Source: Nitrospira sp. UBA5698 | GTDB lineage: Bacteria > Nitrospirota > Nitrospiria > Nitrospirales > Nitrospiraceae | DNA: 64,000 nucleotides | Assembly: GCA_002420115.1 (NCBI GenBank) | Contig: DIHK01000007.1 | Location: forward strand, 60,136 to 124,135 | Direction: 5' to 3' | Shown: positions 57,429 through 64,000 of the stretch, piece after piece | How the letters are laid out: every line of letters begins with the position of its first letter | Position numbering within the stretch: position 1 is the stretch's first letter | Position numbers and translations under genes: made by a program | Notes under the pieces: model-generated | The model's input: the letters and a program-made list of their open reading frames with translations, nothing else | Told to the model about the DNA's origin: nothing | Database searches by the model: none

Positions 57429-59348
57429 ATGTCTATCATGAATGTGAGTCCCTTGGTCTGGATCAGTTTTGGTCTCACGAGTCTGACGCTCAGCGTCATG
57501 CTGGCTGGTGATGCCTTGGTTGATCTGGTTCCTAACCACGATCGCCAAGACTTTGAATATCGTCGCGATGTGGCCGAAGCCTTGGCCGTTCAATACTCTG
57601 CACTGGTGGAGCATCATCAGCTTGAGACCATCAAACTGTCGATGGAGCGGTTTGCTCAGCGGAATAAAGAGATCCGTTCATTGGCCCTGCTTCTTCAAAG
57701 CGGAGAAATTCTTGCACAGATTGGGGATCATACTCGCATCTGGGTGCAGCCATCCGGTGGTGCATCATCACTGGAATTTCTCCAAGTCCCCATCTTTGCC
57801 GGGGATCAGTCGTGGGGAGTACTCCAAGTCGCATTCCGTAAATCCGACCTGTCGGAGACGGAGCGGTTTTTGAACGATCCATGGGTGCGGTTCCTCACCT
57901 TCGTCGGCGTGATGGGATTTATCGGCTATCTTGTCTTCATGAAACGCACGCTTCGACAACTAGACCCATCCGGCATAGTTCCGACACGAGTCAAAGCCGC
58001 TCTCGATGCACTCACGCAGGGTGTGGTGATGATCGACACACGGGACCTCATCGTATTGACGAATGAAACCTTCTGCCGTGCGGTGGGGAAGTCGGTGACC
58101 GCTCTGATCGGTACCGACCTTGGGGCCATTGCCTGGAAGTCTTCGGAGTCAACTGGGGCCTTGAGGGTGTATCCCTGGACCAGGGCGATTATGGACAAGC
58201 AGCCGCAAGACAATATTTCACTCTTCTTGCCAGGCGAAGAGGGAGCGTCAAAAAAGTTTATCGTGACGACCGTCCCGATCATGGATGATGGATCGACGGT
58301 GCGAGGTGCGCTCGTCTCGTTTCACGACGTCACGGAGCTGGATCGGGCAAATTCACAACTCAAGGAAGCAAACAATGAATTGGAGGCCTCCCGCGTTCAG
58401 ATTCTCCAAAAGAACCAGGAACTCGAGGTGACGAATACGAATTTGCACGTCGAGATGGATCACCGAAAAAAAGCCGAAGCCGAAAAGGAAAAGTTGTATC
58501 AGCAGCTCATGAATGCCTCACGTCAAGCGGGTATGGCGGATGTGGCGTCGAGCGTGCTTCATAATGTCGGAAATGTGCTCAACAGTATCAACGTCTCGAC
58601 GGATACCTTGCTCAAGACGCTCAAGAAACCGATGGTGGGCGATGTCTGTCGCATTGCGGCACTGTTCAGCGAACATCAGGATAATCTGCAGTCATTTTTG
58701 ACGGCTGATCCAAAGGGGAAGCAGATTCCTTCTTATCTGGGGTTGGTCGCTGAATCTCTCAGTGGAAGCCATCAGACGATCCAACAGGAGCTCGACTCGC
58801 TGGTGAAGAAAGTCGATCACATCAAGCAAGTGATCCTGTCGCAGCAAGATATCGCACGTGCGGGGAGTATTCGAGAACCGGTCTCGATCGAAGACATGAT
58901 GGAGCAGGCGTTGATCATGGCGATGCCTGAGCCGGAGAAGTATCACATCCAAGTGGTGCGGGACTATCGTCCCATCCCTGCCATTATGACGGATCGGCAT
59001 CAGGTACTGCAGGTATTGGTGAATCTCATCACGAATGCCAAGAACGCGATGGTCGAGCATTCGGACAGTACGCGTTGTCTCACCTTGCGGCTTGGCGTGC
59101 CGGCTGGCAGCGCCTTCGCACGGTTGGAAGTGATCGACACGGGTGGGGGGATCAAGGCGGACAATCTCCACAAGCTGTTTGCGCAGGGTTTTACCACGCG
59201 AAAGGCCGGTCATGGGCTTGGACTGCACAGTTCCGCCATTGTTGCGAAGAATCTTGGCGGTGCCTTACAGGCGCACAGTGCCGGTGAAGGACAGGGGGCG
59301 ACGTTCACGTTGGACCTGCCGCTGGTTCTTGTCGAGGCAGCGGCATAA
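57429..59348 (+). CDS. Membrane sensor histidine kinase with PAS domain
   Basis: Two TMs, PAS, VLHNVGN H-box, NLITNA, DTGGG, GHGLGL. Confidence 0.9.
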   Translation: MSIMNVSPLVWISFGLTSLTLSVMLAGDALVDLVPNHDRQDFEYRRDVAEALAVQYSALVEHHQLETIKLSMERFAQRNKEIRSLALLLQSGEILAQIGDHTRIWVQPSGGASSLEFLQVPIFAGDQSWGVLQVAFRKSDLSETERFLNDPWVRFLTFVGVMGFIGYLVFMKRTLRQLDPSGIVPTRVKAALDALTQGVVMIDTRDLIVLTNETFCRAVGKSVTALIGTDLGAIAWKSSESTGALRVYPWTRAIMDKQPQDNISLFLPGEEGASKKFIVTTVPIMDDGSTVRGALVSFHDVTELDRANSQLKEANNELEASRVQILQKNQELEVTNTNLHVEMDHRKKAEAEKEKLYQQLMNASRQAGMADVASSVLHNVGNVLNSINVSTDTLLKTLKKPMVGDVCRIAALFSEHQDNLQSFLTADPKGKQIPSYLGLVAESLSGSHQTIQQELDSLVKKVDHIKQVILSQQDIARAGSIREPVSIEDMMEQALIMAMPEPEKYHIQVVRDYRPIPAIMTDRHQVLQVLVNLITNAKNAMVEHSDSTRCLTLRLGVPAGSAFARLEVIDTGGGIKADNLHKLFAQGFTTRKAGHGLGLHSSAIVAKNLGGALQAHSAGEGQGATFTLDLPLVLVEAAA

Positions 59349-59350
59349 CC

Positions 59351-60220
59351 ATGGACCAAGACACCATTAACCGTCGGATTCTCATCATTGACGACAATCT
59401 CAATATTCACGAGGACTTCAGGAAAATCTTGTCCCCACCGATAGAATCAGGAGCACTGGACCAAGCACGGGCGGCTCTGTTTGGGGAGACTCCGACTCTT
59501 CCCACGCATGTGTCGTATGAACTGGAGTTTGCAACCCAAGGCCGTGAGGGATTCGGACTTGTTCAGACGGCTCGTCAGGGTGGGATGCCCTATGCGGCGG
59601 CCTTTGTGGATATGCGTATGCCCCCGGGCTGGGATGGGCTCGAGACCGTTGAGCACCTGTGGTATGTCGACCCGGAAATCCAAATCGTCATCTGTTCGGC
59701 CTATTCGGACCATCCATGGGAAGACGTCAGTCGTCGCATTGGCGATACCGACAAGTTGCTCATTCTGATGAAACCATTCAACAGCATCGAGGTCGTCCAG
59801 ATGGCCAACGCCTTGACCAAGAAATGGAACCTGGCTCGTGCGGTGAAGCTACAGATTGAGGGGCTGGCACAGAATGTGAGCCACCGGACGACCGACGTAC
59901 GCGCCATCAATCAACGGCTTCAGGAGCAAATTGCCAGCCGAATAACCGGAGCTGGCCCTGTGGCGTCACCGGGATCGGAAGGAGCAATGCTCCGCCAAAA
60001 AGAAGAGTGTCTCGCAATCATGAGCCACGAAATCCTGACACCGATGAATGAGTTGATCGCGAAGGTGACTCTCCTGCTCGATAGCCCTTTGAATCCTGTC
60101 CAGCGTCAGCATGCGTCGACTCTTGAGCACTGTGCACAGGACCTGCTCTCCTTGATCAAAGATATGCATGAATTCTTGACCAGTCAAAGACAAGAGACCG
60201 ACGTACGCGATCGGTCGTGA
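59351..60220 (+). CDS. Receiver + HisKA (DHp) protein lacking the ATPase domain
   Basis: IDDN, FVDMRMP, KPF; MSHEILTPMN then stop. Confidence 0.8.
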   Translation: MDQDTINRRILIIDDNLNIHEDFRKILSPPIESGALDQARAALFGETPTLPTHVSYELEFATQGREGFGLVQTARQGGMPYAAAFVDMRMPPGWDGLETVEHLWYVDPEIQIVICSAYSDHPWEDVSRRIGDTDKLLILMKPFNSIEVVQMANALTKKWNLARAVKLQIEGLAQNVSHRTTDVRAINQRLQEQIASRITGAGPVASPGSEGAMLRQKEECLAIMSHEILTPMNELIAKVTLLLDSPLNPVQRQHASTLEHCAQDLLSLIKDMHEFLTSQRQETDVRDRS

Positions 60221-60259
60221 TGGTAGGACGTTCCCGACGGGGAGCCGGCATTCATTCAT

Positions 60260-62143
60260 ATGGATAACCACAGTAAGAATCCTCGAGTCTTGATCGTCGA
60301 CGACAATCAGTCGATCCATGAAGACTTTCGGCGGATCCTTCAGTCTCAACCAGAAGATGAAGGCCTGAACCAAGCGCGTAGGGATTTGTTTGGTGGGGCG
60401 CCGCTTGTCGAAGCGCTGGATTGCTTCGAGTTGGATTATGCGGTTCAGGGACAGGCGGCTCTGGCATTGGTGCAGATGGCGCGGCAGGAGGGCCGCCCCT
60501 ATGCCGTGGCATTCGTCGATATGCGGATGCCGACGGGATGGGATGGTCTGGAAACGATTGAGCGACTGTGGGAGGTCGATGGCCGGATTCAGGTCGTGAT
60601 CTGCACGGCCTATTCTGACCATTCGTGGGCGGAAATTTCGGCACGGTTGGGGATGAGCGATCGGCTGTTGATCCTGCGCAAGCCGTTCGATGCGATTGAG
60701 GTTCAGCAGATTGCCGCGTCACTGACGCGCAAGTGGGAGTTGGGGCGTGATGTGCGGTTACAGATTGAAGACCTTGTCGCACAGGTCAATGCCCGCAACC
60801 GGGAACTGCTTGTCACCAACCAGCGGCTCGAACAACAAGTGGCTGAACGCACGGTCGAGCTTCAACAGCGCAATAGTGAATTGCAGAAAACCGTGGAAGC
60901 GTTGAAAAAGGCAAAACTGGATGCCGACAATGCCAACCAGGCCAAATCGCAGTTTTTGGCGCATATGAGCCATGAGATCCGAACCCCTATGAACGGGATG
61001 CTCGGTATGAATGAGCTGTTGCTCTCGACTCCCTTGAATGACCAGCAGCGTCACTTTGTTCAGGTCATCCATGATAATGGCGAGCAGCTGGTTGAACTCA
61101 TTAATGACATCCTCGATCTGTCCAAGATCGATGAAGGGAAGATGGATCTCCATATTGCGAGGCTCGACCTGGTGGCGACAGTGCGGGGTGTTGTAAGTCT
61201 GTTTCACGAGCCTTCGAGGAAAAAGGGGCTCAGTTTAGAATGCCAGGTCGATCCCGAACTCCCCACCGTGTGGCGGGGAGACGCTGTCAGGCTGAGGCAG
61301 ATTCTGGTGAACCTCGTGGGCAATGCCGTCAAGTTTACGGAACGAGGTGGCATCCTGATTCACATTGAACGTGTCGAGGATCGTCATGATAGCGCCCTCT
61401 TCAAAATGACGGTATGTGATACCGGAATTGGCATTCCTGTCGAGGCGCAGCAGACGATCTTTGATCCCTTCGCACAGGGGGATGCTTCGATCACACGGCG
61501 ATACGAAGGGACGGGGTTGGGGCTTGCCATCGTGCAACGTCTTGTCCGATTGATGGGCGGTGATATTGGTCTCACAAGTACCCCAGGACAAGGTTCCACA
61601 TTCTGGTTTACGGCTCGTCTTCAGAAACAGAGCACACAAGATATGCCTGTCGTTGAGAGCCAGTTGTCGAATCAGGCCCCTATGCCCGTTCTATGCATTG
61701 CTCAGATGACAAAGCATCCCGGCAGCTCTTCCCCTAAACAGCGATCCCGCGCGCGTATCCTCCTGGCTGAGGACAATTTGACGAACCAGGAGGTCTTTTT
61801 ACGCATGCTGGATCTCTGTGGTGAGTCGGCCGATGTGGTCAGTACGGGCAAAGAGGCGTTGGAGGCGATGGGGCGGGTGCAATACGACGTGGTTCTCATG
61901 GACTGTGAGATGCCTGAAATGGATGGGTTAACGGCATGTAGGGAAATTCGAAGACGTCGATTGACCAGAGCTGACGGCGAGCCCGTTCAGGTCATCGCTC
62001 TGTCCGGTCACGCAGTCAGTAGCTATCAAGAGGCCTGCCTTGCCGCAGGTATGGATGGATTTCTCTCCAAGCCGGCGGGGTTGAAAGAGATTCGTAAGGT
62101 ATTGCAACAGTTTTTACCGACGAGTGAGTCACGGGCTGCCTAA
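60260..62143 (+). CDS. Hybrid kinase REC-HisKA-HATPase-REC
   Basis: [32 protein letters not shown]. Confidence 0.92.
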   Translation: MDNHSKNPRVLIVDDNQSIHEDFRRILQSQPEDEGLNQARRDLFGGAPLVEALDCFELDYAVQGQAALALVQMARQEGRPYAVAFVDMRMPTGWDGLETIERLWEVDGRIQVVICTAYSDHSWAEISARLGMSDRLLILRKPFDAIEVQQIAASLTRKWELGRDVRLQIEDLVAQVNARNRELLVTNQRLEQQVAERTVELQQRNSELQKTVEALKKAKLDADNANQAKSQFLAHMSHEIRTPMNGMLGMNELLLSTPLNDQQRHFVQVIHDNGEQLVELINDILDLSKIDEGKMDLHIARLDLVATVRGVVSLFHEPSRKKGLSLECQVDPELPTVWRGDAVRLRQILVNLVGNAVKFTERGGILIHIERVEDRHDSALFKMTVCDTGIGIPVEAQQTIFDPFAQGDASITRRYEGTGLGLAIVQRLVRLMGGDIGLTSTPGQGSTFWFTARLQKQSTQDMPVVESQLSNQAPMPVLCIAQMTKHPGSSSPKQRSRARILLAEDNLTNQEVFLRMLDLCGESADVVSTGKEALEAMGRVQYDVVLMDCEMPEMDGLTACREIRRRRLTRADGEPVQVIALSGHAVSSYQEACLAAGMDGFLSKPAGLKEIRKVLQQFLPTSESRAA

Positions 62144-62173
62144 CGAACAGGGCCGTTCATCCGATTTGATCGA

Positions 62174-63445
<1,272 letters not shown>

Positions 63446-63479
63446 CGCATCACAGTAAAGAGTCGTCGGAGGGTGTGGA

Positions 63480-64000
63480 GTGACAAGCGAGGAGATCAAT
63501 CGACGCATCCTGGTCGTGGACGACAATGTGTCGATCCATCATGACTTCCTGAAAGTTCTACACCCGACCAAGGGATCGGAGGCTCTAGAAGAGGCACGGG
63601 GCTCCTTATTCGGCGAGCCCGGTCCTGTCTGGAGCAGCGACGAGTTCAGGGTCAATTGTGCAGAGCAAGGGACCATCGCGCTGGCTTTCGTTGAAGCGGC
63701 TGTCAAGGAAGGGAAACCATATGCGGTGGCTTTTGTGGATATGCGGATGCCGCCAGGTTGGGACGGGCTGGAGACGATCGAGCGTCTCTGGGCGGCAGAT
63801 GCTGCGTTGCAAGTCGTGATCTGTACCGCCTACTCCGACCAACCGTGGGAGGAGATCAGAGGCCGAATTGGGCGAACGGATAAGTTGCTGATCCTGCAGA
63901 AGCCGTTCAATAGCATCGAGGTGTTGCAGCTTGCGACTGCACTCTGTCGGAAATGGGACCTTGCGCAAAAGGTTGCGGGCCAGGTGAATGAGTTGAGCCG
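63480..64000 (+). CDS. Fourth paralogous receiver-first protein, runs off the window
   Basis: GTG start; [35 protein letters not shown]. Confidence 0.85.
   Translation, partial: MTSEEINRRILVVDDNVSIHHDFLKVLHPTKGSEALEEARGSLFGEPGPVWSSDEFRVNCAEQGTIALAFVEAAVKEGKPYAVAFVDMRMPPGWDGLETIERLWAADAALQVVICTAYSDQPWEEIRGRIGRTDKLLILQKPFNSIEVLQLATALCRKWDLAQKVAGQVNELS

Overview
Bacterial chromosomal window; the gene families and their order suggest Nitrospira/Nitrospirota (inference, not verifiable here). (1) 1-7084: accessory cassette on the minus strand: double-HTH LuxR, DsbA, then three secreted zinc peptidases. The two complete peptidases (M43-like, M23-like) carry the same modular Cys-rich C-terminal domain. 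(2) 7.4-20.2 kb: ECF sigma/anti-sigma, then core genes der, leuS, lptE, holA, rpsT, pyrF and tRNA-His. (3) 20155-37077: a ~16.9 kb element integrated in tRNA-His, bounded by a 27-bp direct repeat. It looks like a phage satellite: integrase, Xis, two replication modules with repeat arrays, HNH, cos-like site, two tandem TerS paralogs and a full-length tape measure protein, but no recognisable capsid, portal, TerL, tail tube or lysis genes. Its attP lies inside the integrase ORF, its switch is a divergent pair of ribbon-helix-helix genes missed by the ORF track, and it carries a Tat-exported copper storage protein. (4) 37-57 kb: mostly housekeeping and stress genes (xth, oxyR/cytochrome c peroxidase, MscS, PPK2, orphan B12-radical SAM, suhB, lpxC with a sigma54 promoter) plus unannotated small ORFs. 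(5) 57.4-64 kb: sensor kinase followed by at least four paralogous receiver-first signalling proteins. The strongest novelty candidates are the tape-measure-encoding satellite and the Cys-rich metallopeptidase/DsbA cassette. All calls come from motif reading by eye; no searches were run.
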